Source: Dicyema japonicum | Taxonomy: Eukaryota; Animalia; Dicyemida | Assembly (NCBI GenBank): GCA_011109175.1 | Contig: RDEW01000069.1 | Span: 117,758 to 181,757 of the forward strand | Reading direction: 5' to 3' | DNA length: 64,000 nt | Program-made: the position numbers and the translations under genes | The notes under the pieces: generated by a model | The model's database searches: none | Seen by the model: only the letters and a program-made list of their open reading frames with translations | Told to the model about the DNA's origin: nothing | Shown: positions 11,614 through 24,735 of the stretch, piece by piece | Layout of the letters: each line of letters starts with the position of its first letter | Position numbering within the stretch: position 1 is the stretch's first letter

Positions 11614-13153
11614 ATGTCAGGACGTGGTAAAGGTGGAAAAGGAGGAAAGTCAGTGCAAAGCGATTTAAAAAGATCCTGATCGATAACGTAAGAAGTTTGG
11701 ACGATTATGAGGACATCTCACGTGTGGTCTGCGACACAGCGGCCCACGTGGTACAAGGACTCTTCGAAAATAAGCCCTCTATTGGATTATATTTTAGAGG
11801 AGTCCGAGGAGTCGAGAAGCTCAGAAGGGTCGTTCGCGACTCGATCCTTCTGTCGTTCAGAGTCAATATGGGGATCGATGGCAGGGCTGCTTTCCACACT
11901 GCAGCGGACATCCCCACACAGCAAGCGGTTGATCAAGCTGTGCCTGCACCGAGGAGGATGGAGGTTGAGAGCAAGACTCAGCCTCTTGAAATGAATCAAG
12001 GACCGAGAACCGAGGGCAGGGCTGAATCCGTCACACAGCCGCGGTCCAACAGGCTGTGCCTGCCCTCGACGAAGGAAGACAAGAGGACCGTCTCCCAATG
12101 ACTGTAGGCTGGACTACAGTAGGGAGAAAGAGGAAGTCTGCGGTTTCTGCCAAACCGCAGAACGTGCGTGATTCGGGTCCAGAAACCGCAAAGTGCCCTA
12201 AAAAGCATTTTGCAGGCTCGAATCAATCCAGAGCGCACGTGCCGAAAGAAAAGAAGAAAGAACAGGTATTCGGAGGACTAACTACACTAGTTCGGCTAGA
12301 GGTGCCGAAGATGGGAGTGGTTAAACTCCTAAGTGGCATAGGTACTCTGGCTACCTATGCGAAAGGAAGGATCGTCAGACGAGGAGAATCCCACTTGTTG
12401 GTGGGATTCAGAAATGACGTGGACGCCTCAGCTTTTGAAGCTGAGGTGAATAAGAAGGTTCCTTTTGGGCCCGGGGCACATAACATGTCTCGGGTCATCC
12501 CCAAGGTACACGACTCGATTGTACTAGTCTTCGGAGTCCTCTGGACTTTGTTGATGAGGATGTACTCGAGTACATCAAAAAGGACTACCCCACGGCGCAC
12601 AAGATCGAGCGCTTCAAGAGTGGGAGTCAGAGATTAAGGACTCTCAAGGTCTGGATCAGGTCCGGAGCAGAAGCTGAAAGGATCTGCCTTGAGAAGTTAA
12701 AGATAGGTTACTTTAGATTTGGTGTGGCCCGAGAGCGACCGGTAGCAATCCAGTGCTACAGATGCCAGGGATTCGGCCACACCAGCTCCCGCTGCACTTA
12801 ATAAAGAGAAGTGCCTAAATTGCGGGGGTCCACATTCGCGGAAGGCTTGCCAAACAAGTGGCAAGTCTCTCAAGTGCGTGAACTGTGGCGCAAAAGGACA
12901 CAGGGCGAGCCATACCAAGTGCCCCCTGTATCAGGAGGCGACGGAGAAGGTACCACAGGGGAGAAGGCAGGCGCCCTCCTCTGGAATGGTCAGTGATGTA
13001 GGCACTATCCATCGGATGGTGAGTAACTATTGCAATGCCACTGGGGCTTCGCTCCAAACGGCACTTAGGGATATCGCGTTATCTCATAGGTTAAATAATG
13101 CGTCGAAGGGATGCTCAACATCGTCTTCGAAACAGGAGGACTTTAGAATATGA
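11614..13153 (+). CDS. H4(1-25)::LINE ORF1 fusion with several single-base indels
   Basis: Junction ATC GAT AAC | GTA AGA AGT TTG GAC GAT is in frame ([20 protein letters not shown]). Confidence 0.7.
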
Positions 13154-13303
13154 CGAAGACTTTTATAAAACGAAGGAGGCACGGGGAAGACGAATGTGAT
13201 GGCACGAAAACGCTGCCGCAAGGCGGTGAAAGGGCCTTTAGTTAGTTCTTCCCTAACTTAACATTTGTTTTTTTGCCTAATAAAGATTTTTCCGTTTTTC
13301 TTC
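11688..13303 (+). mobile_element. ORF1-only family A derivative in the H4 5' end
   Basis: ORF1 with 3 CCHC knuckles joined directly to the family A 3' UTR, AATAAA and TTCCG tail; no ORF2. Confidence 0.92.
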
Positions 13304-13312
13304 CGCAAATCA

Positions 13313-13620
13313 ATGTCTGGACGTGGAAAGGTGGAAAAGGAGGAAAGTCAGGTGCAAAGCGATTTAAAAAGATCCTGATCGATAACATTCAGGGGATCAC
13401 AAAGCCTGCAATTAGGAGACTGTGTCGTAGAGGAGGTGTGAGAAGGATCTCAGGCAAAATTTATGAGGAGACAAGATGTGTCCTCAGGATCTTTATTGAG
13501 AGAACTATAAGAGATTGCATTTCCTATTGTGAACACGCTAAAAGAAAAACTGTGATTGCTATGGATGTGGTCTATGCCTTGAAGAGACAAGGGAGAACAA
13601 TATATGGATTTGGTGGATGA
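13313..13620 (+). CDS. H4: Histone H4 regenerated downstream of the insertion (1-nt indel near start)
   Basis: Full H4 sequence restarting at cgcaaa-caATG. Confidence 0.88.
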
Positions 13621-13997
13621 CATATCTTTTTAATAAAAAAATAAATTTTTATCTATATTAAATTCTGAGATATAATTTAAGTCGTTTAGGGTTACAAGAA
13701 GCATTTCTATAAATAGTGTTTTTTATGAATTCTAATTACACAGTGATAATTTTAAAATTTTGTAAAATAGCTTTTTCTACTTTAATGTGGTAAAATTTTG
13801 CTTAAAATAATGCTTTGATAATTTTAAAAAAAATTGTGTTTTGATAATTTTCCAAATTGTGCTTCCGGAAAAAAATTACTTGCTCTCTCGTATTGTTGCA
13901 AAATTGCGTGTGCTTCGCGAAAAATTTAAGCGTACGTTAGTATTAGTACATCGAAAAAAAATCGATAATTTTAATTTCATTCATTCGTCGATAAATA

Positions 13998-14405
13998 ATG
14001 GCACGAACAAAACAAACTGCTAGAAAATCAACTGGAGCAAAAGTTCCAAGGAAACAGCTTTCTGCTAAATCTGCACGCAAGTCAGTTTCTCAATTGGGTG
14101 GTGTAAAGAAACCACATCGCTTTCGTCCTGGTGTCGTGGCAATGAGGGAGATCAGAAGATATCAAAAGAGTACTGACCTTCTATTGCGAAAGACACCGTT
14201 CCAAAGGGTTGTTAGAGAAGCAGCACAATTTATGAAGACAGATTTACGTTTCCAATCATCGGCCATTGTTGCTCTTCAGGAGGCTGCAGAGACTTATTTG
14301 GTCGGGATTTTGAGATAGTATTTGTGTGCAATACATGGAAAACGAGTAACAATAATGCCACAGGATATGCACCTAGCAAGGAGAATTCGTGGTGAAAAAA
14401 CATAA
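13998..14405 (+). CDS. H3: Histone H3 with probable sequencing indels near 14310
   Basis: Matches H3 consensus apart from three single-base deletions. Confidence 0.88.
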
Positions 14406-15671
14406 CTTTTCGATAAATCAAATAAATATAATTTGTCTCTTTTTTTTAAATTAACCTAATCCCGACAAAATTTAGGAAAAAGTAAATAATCCTATCCTTA
14501 TAGCCTAATTGATAATGTTTTTCGAGATGCAATGTCGTTTTAAATTGTTAATTCACGGGAATTTCTAGTCATACGCAGTTTCTATCAACTAGCTAAAAAT
14601 ACCTATATAAAACCCAACTTCAATGTAACAAACTAAACAAATAAATCTCAAGTACAAAAATAAGACAAATTTTTAATTTTGACACAGTTTAAAAAACAAA
14701 AAAACTATATCATTTTTTTTAATGTAACAAACTAACCATATAAAATCTGCCTTTAATTACATAAATAAGACAAATTTTTAATTTTAACGCTGTTAAATAA
14801 CAATTTGACTATTATATAAAAATTAAATTAATCGCTGTCGAAAAATTGGGGTCAAAAATCCAGGTTTTTGCGGCTGATTGATCTCAAACCAAGTTCATTC
14901 AACGCGTCTTGCTTTTGCGCGTTAAAATGTGAAATCAGATTGAAAATTGGACGCACGTGGGCGGAGATTTGATAATTGATTATTTTTTAGTTTTTAGAAA
15001 TTAAATTTGTCTATTATTCTTGTTTATATAAGCCTTGTTAACCTTTAACTAAATTAATTTATTTTTTTGATTACCTAAATGCTACATTCTAAGATAGTTC
15101 TAGATATTGACTTAGTCAGCTAGGCTTACAGTTGGGTAGTAATAATGTAACTTTTTTCTAAATAACTCTTGTAAGTGACTGATTATTCTATTTAAGAGAC
15201 TGAAACGGTATATAGAGGGGAGCAACTTTCTACGACCTAATCAATTTGGATTCCGTCTGGGAAGATCATGTGGAGATTTTATCCACTCACTAAACTACGA
15301 AATTATAAATACATTGGAGAAGAAATTGATTTGTCTAATTAAATTTGTCTATTATTCTTGTTTATGTAAGACTTGTTTTCCTTTTAAACTAATTTTTTTT
15401 GATTATCCAATTGCTACATTCCAAGATAGTTCTTGACTTGTCAGCTAGGGTTACAGTTGGTTAGTAATAATGTAACTTTTTGCAATATAACTTTTGTAAG
15501 TAATTAAGTTTCAATTTTATTTATAGGGTTTTACTCCTTTGGAGTAATTTTCCGATAGATATCTTGACAAAATAAAGGCACATGTCTTATTACTAAGGGA
15601 TCAAATGGATTTCTGGCTAGCAAGTACTATTGATAAAGTCAATTAAAGTAAAGGTTTATTTAATAAAATTG

Positions 15672-16034
15672 TTAAGTGGATGCTGGTTTTGCGGGCTCAG
15701 CACTTTTGCGACAGATGTATCTTCCGCAAGAGATTATTGCATTTTGGGTAAGTTCTTTTAATTCGTCATCGGCATTGATTGCGACAGACAGGTGACAAGG
15801 TTTGATCCTTCGCTTTGCAGCCTTGAGTGCAGTATTACCACAAAGTTCCAGCACTTCAGCACATAGATACTCCATTACAGCTCCAACGTAGATGGCAGCA
15901 CCAACTGCAACTCGCATTCTGGTCTCACTTCTCAAGCATCTATGAATTCGACCAACTGGAAATTGCAAGCCTGCTCTAACTGATTTGCTTTTCGCTTTTG
16001 TACGTACTTTTCCACCTTTGCCGCGAGTAGACAT
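15672..16034 (-). CDS. H2A: Histone H2A
   Basis: Intact 120-aa ORF. Confidence 0.95.
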   Translation of the reverse strand: MSTRGKGGKVRTKAKSKSVRAGLQFPVGRIHRCLRSETRMRVAVGAAIYVGAVMEYLCAEVLELCGNTALKAAKRRIKPCHLSVAINADDELKELTQNAIISCGRYICRKSAEPAKPAST

Positions 16035-16205
16035 TTTATTGAAAATTTTGAATTTTTTCGTACTTATGTTTTTAAATTGTGCTTCCGGAAAAAACTTTTA
16101 AATTAGCATAAGAAAATCAATACTTTCTAAAGTTTATTCTGGAAGCACAATTTGAAAACATAAGTACGAAAAAATTCAAAATTTTTCAAAATTTAGATTT
16201 AGACT

Positions 16206-16574
16206 ATGGTTCAAAAAGTTAGCACAAAAGGATCTAAACGGGCTGCAGTTAAAGTTAGTAGCACAACACGTGCCTTACGAAAAAAGAAAAAGCGATCCCA
16301 AAACTATCATTTGTACATTCTGAGGATTTTGAAATCTGTCCACACTGATTTGGGGATGTCAAAGAAAGCTATGATGGCTATGGACAGCTTTACTTTTGAC
16401 ATTTACGAAAAAATCAAGAACGAAGCTTGCAATTTAGTTCAGCATAATAGCAAAGCTACTATCACATCAAGAGAAATTCAAACAGCAGTACGCTTGATTT
16501 TGCCTGGAGAATTGGCAAAGCATGCTATTACCGAAGGGGCAAAGGCGGTCACCAAGTATACCAATACTAAGTGA
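16206..16574 (+). CDS. H2B: Histone H2B
   Basis: Intact 122-aa ORF. Confidence 0.97.
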   Translation: MVQKVSTKGSKRAAVKVSSTTRALRKKKKRSQNYHLYILRILKSVHTDLGMSKKAMMAMDSFTFDIYEKIKNEACNLVQHNSKATITSREIQTAVRLILPGELAKHAITEGAKAVTKYTNTK

Positions 16575-16868
16575 TTTTTACTTGATATAATAAAGAAAAC
16601 TTGTTTTCTAACATTTTTTTCCTTACATAAAAATAGCCCACGTGTCATAATCTTAACAAAAGAACGTTTTTTATTAAATTTAACGTAATAAGAACGTTTT
16701 TTATTATTTTTAACGCTATTTAAAAAGTCCGTTTTAGTGTGTTTTCCAATTTTCACTTTAATATCGATTTGTGCTTCCGTGAAAAACTTTTAATATTATC
16801 GATTTGTGCTTCGGCGAAAAACTTTTTGCGTCGTCAATTTATAAACGCCAAATTTGGAGCGCAAAGCA

Positions 16869-18542
16869 ATGTCTGGACGTGGTAAAGGTGGAAAAGGAGG
16901 AAAGTCAGGTGCAAAGCGATTCAAAAAGATCCTGATCGATAACATTCAGGGATCACAACACATTCCGTACGAAATCTTGAGGATTATCAGGACATCTCAC
17001 GTGTGGTCTGTGATACAGCGGCCCACGTGGTACAAGGACTCTTCGAAAAATAAGCCCTCTATTGGATTATATTTTAGAGGAGTCCGAGGAGTAGAGAAGC
17101 TCAGAAGGGTCGTTCGCGACTCGATCCTTCTGTCGTTCAGAGTCAATATGGGGATCGATGGCAGGGCTGCTTTCCACACTGCAGCGGACATCCCACACAG
17201 CAAGCGGTTGATCAAGCTGTGCCTGCACCAAGGAGGATGGAGGTTGAGAGCAAGACTCAGCCTCCTGTAATGGATCAAAGGACCGAGGAAAAACATCCCA
17301 GCAAAGCTAGCGGTGAACAAGCTGTGCCTGGGACAAGGAGGATGGAGGTTGAGGGCAAGACTCAGCCTCTTGAAATGAATCAAGGACGAGAACCGAGGGC
17401 AAGGGCTGAATCCGTCACACAGCCAAGCGGTCCAAACAGGCTGTGCCTGCCCTCGACGAAGTGCGACAAGAGGACCATCTCCCAATGACTGTAGGCTGGA
17501 CTACAGTAGGGAGAAAGAGGAAGTCTGCGGTTTCTGCCAAACCGCAGAACGTGCGTGATTCGGGTCCAGAAAACCGCAAAGTGCCCTAAAAGCATTTTTG
17601 CAGGCTCGAATCAATCCAGAGCGCACGTGCCGAAAGAAAAGAAGAAAGAACAGGTATTCGGAGGACTAACTACACTAGTTCGGCTAGAGGTGCCGAAGAT
17701 GGGAGTGGTTAAACTCCTAAGTGGCATAGGTACTCTGGCTACCTATGCGAAAGAAGGATCGTCAGACGAGGAGAATCCCACTTGTTGGTGGGATTCAGAA
17801 ATGACGTGGACGCCTCAGCTTTTGAAGCTGAGGTGAATAAGAAGGTTCCTTTTGGGCCCGGGGCACATAACATGTCTCGGGTCATCCCCAAGGTACACGA
17901 CTCGATTGTACTAGTCTTCCGGAGTCCCTCTGGACTTTGTTGATGAGGATGTACTCGGAGTACATCAAAAGGACTACCCCACGGCGCACAAGATCGAGCG
18001 CTTCAAGAGTGGAGTCAGAGACTAAGGACTCTCAAGGTCTGGATCAGGTCCGGAGCGGAAGCTGAGAGGATCTGCCTTGAGAAGTTTAAGATAGGTTACT
18101 TTAGATTTGGTGTGGCCCGAGAGCGACCGGTAGCAATCCAGTGCTACAGATGCCAGGGATTCGGCCACACCAGCTCCCGCTGCACTTATAAAGAGAAGTG
18201 CCTAAATTGCGGGGTCCACATTCGCGAAGGCTTGCCAAACAAGTGGCAAGTCTCTTCAAGTGCGTGAACTGTGGCGCAGAAGGACACAGGGCGAGCCATA
18301 CCAAGTGCCCCCCTGTATCAGGAGGCGACGGAGAAGGTACCACAGGGGAGAAGGCAGGCGCCCTCCTCTGGAATGGCCAGTGATGTAGGCACTATCCATC
18401 GGATGGTGAGTAACTATTGCAATGCCACTGGGGCTTCGCTCCAAACGGCACTTAGGGATATCGCGTTTATCTCATAGGTTAAATAATGCGTCGAAGGGAT
18501 GCTCAACAATCGTCTTCGAAACAGGAGGACTTTAGAATATGA
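16869..18542 (+). CDS. H4(1-30)::LINE ORF1 fusion with many single-base indels
   Basis: Same junction as 32002 (gatcacaa|cacattccgtacgaaatc); in frame if one homopolymer G is restored. Confidence 0.65.
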
Positions 18543-18693
18543 CGAAGACTTTTATAAAACGAAGGAGGCACGGGGAAGACGAATGTGATGGCACGAAACG
18601 CTGCCGCAAGGCGGTGAAAGGGCCTTTAGTTAGTTCTTCCCTGATTACTTAACATTTGTTTTTTGCCTAATAAAGATTTTTCCGTTCCGATCC
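16959..18693 (+). mobile_element. ORF1-only family A derivative in the H4 5' end
   Basis: ORF1 plus 3' UTR plus ttccgttccga tail, followed by cgcaaagcaATG of H4. Confidence 0.92.
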
Positions 18694-18702
18694 CGCAAAG
18701 CA

Positions 18703-19011
18703 ATGTCAGGACGTGGGAAAGGTGGAAAAGGAGGAAAGTCAGGTGCAAAGCGATTCAAAAAGATCCTGATCGATAACATTCAGGGGATCACAAAGCCTGC
18801 AATTAGGAGACTGTGTCGTAGAGGAGGTGTGAGAAGGATCTCAGGCAAAATTTATGAGGAGACAAGATGTGTCCTCAGGATCTTTATTGAGAGAACTATA
18901 AGAGATTGCATTTCCTATTGTGAACACGCTAAAAGAAAAACTGTGATTGCTATGGATGTGGTCTATGCCTTGAAGAGACAAGGGAGAACAATATATGGAT
19001 TTGGTGGATGA
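18703..19011 (+). CDS. H4: Histone H4 regenerated downstream of the insertion
   Basis: Intact 102-aa ORF. Confidence 0.95.
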   Translation: MSGRGKGGKGGKSGAKRFKKILIDNIQGITKPAIRRLCRRGGVRRISGKIYEETRCVLRIFIERTIRDCISYCEHAKRKTVIAMDVVYALKRQGRTIYGFGG

Positions 19012-19385
19012 CTTTTTTTTAAATAAAAAAAATAAATTTTTATCTATATTAAATTCTGAGATATAAATTAAGTCGTTTTAGGGTTACAAGAAGCTTTCTA
19101 TAAATAGTGTTTTTTATGAATTCTAATTACACAGTGATAATTTTAAAATTTTGTAAAATAGCTTTTTTCTACTTTAATGTGGTAAAATTTTGCGTAAATA
19201 ATGCATTTGATAATTTTAAAAAAAATTGTGTTTTGATAATTTTCCAAATTGTGCTTCCGGAAAAAAATTACTTGCTCTCTCGTATTGTTGCAAAATTGCG
19301 TGTGCTTCCGCGAAAAATTTAAGCGTACGTTAGTATTAATACATCGCAGAAAAAAATCGATAATTTTCATTTTCATCGATAAATA

Positions 19386-19796
19386 ATGGCACGAACAAAA
19401 CAAACTGCTAGAAAATCAACTGGAGCAAAAGTTCCAAGGAAACAGCTTTCTGCTAAATCTGCACGCAAGTCAGTTTCTCAATTGGGTGGTGTAAAGAAAC
19501 CACATCGCTTTCGTCCTGGTGTCGTGGCAATGAGGGAGATCAGAAGATATCAAAAGAGTACTGACCTTCTATTGCGAAAGACACCGTTCCAAAGGGTTGT
19601 TAGAGAAGCAGCACAATTTATGAAGACAGATTTACGTTTCCAATCATCGGCCATTGTTGCTCTTCAGGAGGCTGCAGAGACTTATTTGGTCGGGATTTTT
19701 GAGGATAGTAATTTGTGTGCAATACATGGAAAACGAGTAACAATAATGCCACAGGATATGCACCTAGCAAGGAGAATTCGTGGTGAAAAAACATAA
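19386..19796 (+). CDS. H3: Histone H3
   Basis: Intact 136-aa ORF. Confidence 0.97.
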   Translation: MARTKQTARKSTGAKVPRKQLSAKSARKSVSQLGGVKKPHRFRPGVVAMREIRRYQKSTDLLLRKTPFQRVVREAAQFMKTDLRFQSSAIVALQEAAETYLVGIFEDSNLCAIHGKRVTIMPQDMHLARRIRGEKT

Positions 19797-21062
19797 CTTT
19801 TCGATAAATCAAATAAATATAATTTGTCTCTTTTTTTTAAATTAACCTAATCCCGACAAAATTTAAGAAAAATTAAAAGTCCAATCCTTTCGCCTAATTG
19901 ATAATGTTTTTCGAGACGCAATGTCGTTTTAAATTGTTAATTCACGGAATTTCTAATCATACGCAGTTTCTATCAACTAGCTAAAAATAGCCTATATAAA
20001 ACCCAACTTCAATGTAACAAACTAACCAAATAAATCTCAAGTACAAAAATAAGACAAATTTTTAATTTTGAGACTGTTTAAAAAACAAAAAAACTATATC
20101 ATTTTGGTTTAATGTAACAAACTAACCATATAAAATCTCCCTTTAATTACATAAATAAGACAAATTTTTAATTTTAACGCTGTTAAATAACAATTTGATT
20201 ATAATATAAAAATTAAATAAATCGCTGTCGAAAAATTGGGGTCAAAAATCCAGGTTTTTGCGGCTGATTGATCTCAAACCAAGTTCATTCAACGCGTCTT
20301 GCTTTTGCGCGTTAAAATGTGAAATCAGATTGATAATTGGACGCACGTGGGCGGAGATTTGATAATTGATTAATTTTAGTTTTTAGAAATTAAATTTGTC
20401 TATTATTCTTGTTTATGTAAGCCTTGTTAACCTTTAACTAAATTAATTTATTTTTTTGATTACCTAAATGCTCATTCTAAGATAGTTCTAGATATTGACT
20501 TAGTCAGCTAGGCTTACAGTTGGGTAGTATTAATGTAACTTTTTTCTAAATAACTTTTGTAAGTGACTGATTATTCTATTTAAGAGACTGAAACGGTATA
20601 TAGAGGGGAGCAACTTTCTACGACCTAATCAATTTGGATTCCGTCTGGGAAGATCATGTGGAGATTGTATCCACTCACTAAACTACGAAATTATAAATAC
20701 ATTGGAGAAGAAATTGATTTGTCTAATTAAATTTGTCTACTATTCTTGTTTATGTAAGTCTTGTTATCCTTTAACTAAATTAATTTAGTTTTTTGATTAT
20801 CCAATTGCTACAAGATAGTTCTTGACTTGTCAGCTAGGGTTACAGTTGGTTAGTAATAATGTAACTTTTTGCAATATAACTTTTGTAAGTAATTAAGTTT
20901 CAATTTTATTTATAGGGTTTTACTCCTTTGGATAATTTTCCGATAGATATCTTGACAAAATAAAGGCAGATGTCTTATTACTTAGGGATCAAATAGATTT
21001 CTGGCTAGCAAGTACTATATTGATAAGAGTCAATTAAAGTAAAGGTTTATTTAATAAAATTG

Positions 21063-21425
21063 TTAAGTGGATGCTGGTTTTGCGGGCTCAGCACTTTTGC
21101 GACAGATGTATCTTCCGCAAGAGATTATTGCATTTTGGGTAAGTTCTTTTAATTCGTCATCGGCATTGATTGCGACAGACAGGTGACAAGGTTTGATCCT
21201 TCGCTTTGCAGCCTTGAGTGCAGTATTACCACAAAGTTCCAGCACTTCAGCACATAGATACTCCATTACAGCTCCAACGTAGATGGCAGCACCAACTGCA
21301 ACTCGCATTCTGGTCTCACTTCTCAAGCATCTATGAATTCGACCAACTGGAAATTGCAAGCCTGCTCTAACTGATTTGCTTTTCGCTTTTGTACGTACTT
21401 TTCCACCTTTGCCGCGAGTAGACAT
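21063..21425 (-). CDS. H2A: Histone H2A
   Basis: Intact 120-aa ORF. Confidence 0.95.
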   Translation of the reverse strand: MSTRGKGGKVRTKAKSKSVRAGLQFPVGRIHRCLRSETRMRVAVGAAIYVGAVMEYLCAEVLELCGNTALKAAKRRIKPCHLSVAINADDELKELTQNAIISCGRYICRKSAEPAKPAST

Positions 21426-21587
21426 TTTATTGAAAATTTTGAATTTTTTCGTACTTATGTTTTTAAATTGTGCTTCCGGAAAAAACTTTTAAATTAGCAT
21501 AAGAAAATCAATACTTTCTAAAGTTTATTCTGGAAGCACAATTTGAAAACATAAGTACGAAAAAATTCAAAATTTTTGATTTAGACT

Positions 21588-21955
21588 ATGGTTCAAAAAG
21601 TTAGCACAAAAGGATCTAAAAGGCTGCAGTTAAAGTTAGTAGCACAACACGTGCCTTACGAAAAAAGAAAAAGCGATCCCAAAACTATCATTTGTACATT
21701 CTGAGGATTTTGAAATCTGTCCACACTGATTTGGGGATGTCAAAGAAAGCTATGATGGCTATGGACAGCTTTACTTTTGACATTTACGAAAAAATCAAGA
21801 ACGAAGCTTGCAATCTAGTTCAGCATAATAGCAAAGCTACTATCACATCAAGAGAAATTCAAACAGCAGTACGCTTGATTTTGCCTGGAGAATTGGCAAA
21901 GCATGCTATTACCGAAGGGGCAAAGGCGGTCACCAAGTATACCAATACTAAGTGA
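21588..21955 (+). CDS. H2B: Histone H2B (1-nt indel near the 5' end)
   Basis: Aligns to intact copies. Confidence 0.88.
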
Positions 21956-22248
21956 TTTTTACTTGATATAATAAAGAAAACTTGTTTTCTAACCATTTTT
22001 TTCCTTACATAAAAATAGCCCACGTGTCATAATCTTAACAAAAGAATGTTTTTTATTAATTTTAACGCAATAAGAACGTTTTTTATTATTTTAACGCTAT
22101 TTAAAAAGTCCGTTTTAGTGTGTTTTCCAATTTTCACTTTAATATCGATTTGTGCTTCCGTGAAAAACTTTTAATATTATCGATTTGTGCTTCGGCGAAA
22201 AATTTTTGCGTCGTCAATTTATAAACGCCAAATTTGGAGCGCAAAGCA

Positions 22249-22557
22249 ATGTCTGGACGTGGTAAAGGTGGAAAAGGAGGAAAGTCAGGTGCAAAGCGAT
22301 TCAAAAAGATCCTGATCGATAACATTCAGGGGATCACAAAGCCTGCAATTAGGAGACTGTGTCGTAGAGGAGGTGTGAGAAGGATCTCAGGCAAAATTTA
22401 TGAGGAGACAAGATGTGTCCTCAGGATCTTTATTGAGAGAACTATAAGAGATTGCATTTCCTATTGTGAACACGCTAAAAGAAAAACTGTGATTGCTATG
22501 GATGTGGTCTATGCCTTGAAGAGACAAGGGAGAACAATATATGGATTTGGTGGATGA
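22249..22557 (+). CDS. H4: Histone H4, uninterrupted
   Basis: Intact 102-aa ORF. Confidence 0.97.
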   Translation: MSGRGKGGKGGKSGAKRFKKILIDNIQGITKPAIRRLCRRGGVRRISGKIYEETRCVLRIFIERTIRDCISYCEHAKRKTVIAMDVVYALKRQGRTIYGFGG

Positions 22558-22904
22558 CTTTTTTTAATAAAAAAATAAATTTTTATCTATATTAAATTCT
22601 GAGATATAAATTAAGTCGTTTTAGGGTTACAAGAAGCTTTCTATAAATAGTGTTTTTTATGAATTCTAAATACACAGTGATAATTTTAAAATTTTGTAAA
22701 ATAGCTTTTTTCTACTTTAATGTGGTAAAATTTTGCTTAAAATAATGCTTTGATAATTTTAAAAAAAATTGTGTTTTGATAATTTTCCAAATTGTGCTTC
22801 CGGAAAAAAATTACTTGCTCTCTCGTATTGTTGCAAAATTGCGTGTGCTTCCGCGAAAAATTTAAGCGTACGTTAGTATTAATACAAAATTTTTGATTTA
22901 GACT

Positions 22905-24574
22905 ATGGTTCAAAAAGTTAGCACTAAAGGATCTAAACGGGCTGCAGTTAAAGTTAGTAGCACAACAAGTTCCGTAAGAAGTTTGGACGATTACCAGGAC
23001 ATCTCACGTGTGGTCTGTGATACAGCGGCCCACGTGGTAAATGGACTCTTCGAAAATAAGCCCTCTATTGGATTATATTTTAGAGGAGTCCGAGGAGTCG
23101 AGAAGCTCAGAAGGGTCGTTCGCGACTCGATCCTTCTGTCGTTCAGAGTCAATATGGGGATCGATGGCAGGGCTGCTTTCCACGCTGCAGCGGACATCCC
23201 CACACAGCAAGCGGTTGATCAAGCTGTGCCTGCACCGAGGAGGATGGAGGTTGAGAGCAAGACTCAGCCTCCTATAATGGATCAAGGGACATGGAAAAAG
23301 ACCAGGCCTACTTCATACACATCAGAGGACATCCCCACACAGCAAGCGGTTGAACAAGCTGTGCCTGCACCGAGGAGGATGGAGGTTGAGAGCAAGACTC
23401 AGCCTCTTGAAATGAATCAAGGACCGAGAACCGAGGGCAGGGCTGAATCCGTCACACAGCCAGCGGTCCAACAGGCTGTGCCTGCCCTCGACGAAGTGCG
23501 ACAAGAGGACCATCTCCCAATGACTGTAGGCTGGACTACAGTAGGGAGAAAGAGGAAGTCTGCGGTTTCTGCCAAACCGCAGAACGTGCGTGATTCGGGT
23601 CCAGAAACCGCAAAGTGCCCTAAAAAGCATTTTGCAGGCTCGAATCAATCCAGAGCGCACGTGCCGAAAGAAAAGAAGAAAGAACAGGTATTCGGAGGAC
23701 TAACTACACTAGTTCGGCTAGAGGTGCCGAAGATGGGAGTGGTTAAACTCCTAAGTGGCATAGGTACACTGGCTACCTATGCGAAAGGAAGGATCGTCAG
23801 ACGAGGAGAATCCCACTTGTTGGTGGGATTCAGAAATGACGTGGACGCCTCAGCTTTTGAAGCTGAGGTGAATAAGAAGGTTCCTTTTGGGCCCGGGGCA
23901 CATAACATGTCTCGGGTCATCCCCAAGGTACACGACTCGATTGTACTAGTCTTCGGAGTCCCTCTGGACTTTGTTGATGAGGATGTACTCGAGTACATCA
24001 AAAAGGACTACCCACGGCGCACAAGATCGAGCGCTTCAAGAGTGGGAGTCAGAGACTAAGGACTCTCAAGGTCTGGATCAGGTCCGGAGCAGAAGCTGAA
24101 AGGATCTGCCTTGAGAAGTTAAAGATAGGTTACTTTAGATTTGGTGTGGCCCGAGAGCGACCGGTAGCAATCCAGTGCTACAGATGCCAGGGATTCGGCC
24201 ACACCAGCTCCCGCTGCACTTATAAAGAGAAGTGCCTAAATTGCGGGGGTCCACATTCGCGGAAGACTTGCCAAACAAGTGGCAAGTCTCTCAAGTGCGT
24301 GAACTGTGGCGCGGAGGGACACAGGGCGAGCCATACCAAGTGCCCCCTGTATCAGGAGGCGACGGAGAAGGTACCACAGGGGAGAAGGCAGGCGCCCTCC
24401 TCTGGAGTGGTCAGTGATGTAGGCACTATCCATCGGATGGTGAGTAACTATTGCAATGCCACTGGGGCTTCGCTCCAAACGGCACTTAGGGATATAGCGT
24501 TATCTCATAGGTTAAATAATGCGTCGAAGGGATGCTCAACATCGTCTTCGGAACAGGAGGACTTTAGAATATGA
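22905..24574 (+). CDS. H2B(1-21)::LINE ORF1 fusion, ORF1-only type, one indel near 24012
   Basis: [32 protein letters not shown]...; C-terminus ...[23 protein letters not shown]. Confidence 0.82.
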
Positions 24575-24730
24575 CGAAGACTTTTATAAAACGAAGGAGG
24601 CACGGGGAAGACGAATGTGATGGCACGAAAACGCTGCCGCAAGGCGGTGAAAGGGCCTTTAGTTAGTTCTTCCCTGATTACTTAACATTTGTTTTTTTGC
24701 CTAATAAAGATTTTTCCGTTCCGTTCCGTT
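22968..24730 (+). mobile_element. ORF1-only family A derivative preceded by an H2B leader (22886-22967)
   Basis: Ends AATAAAGATTTTTCCGTTCCGTTCCGTT followed by a second H2B leader. Confidence 0.92.
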
Positions 24731-24735
24731 AGACT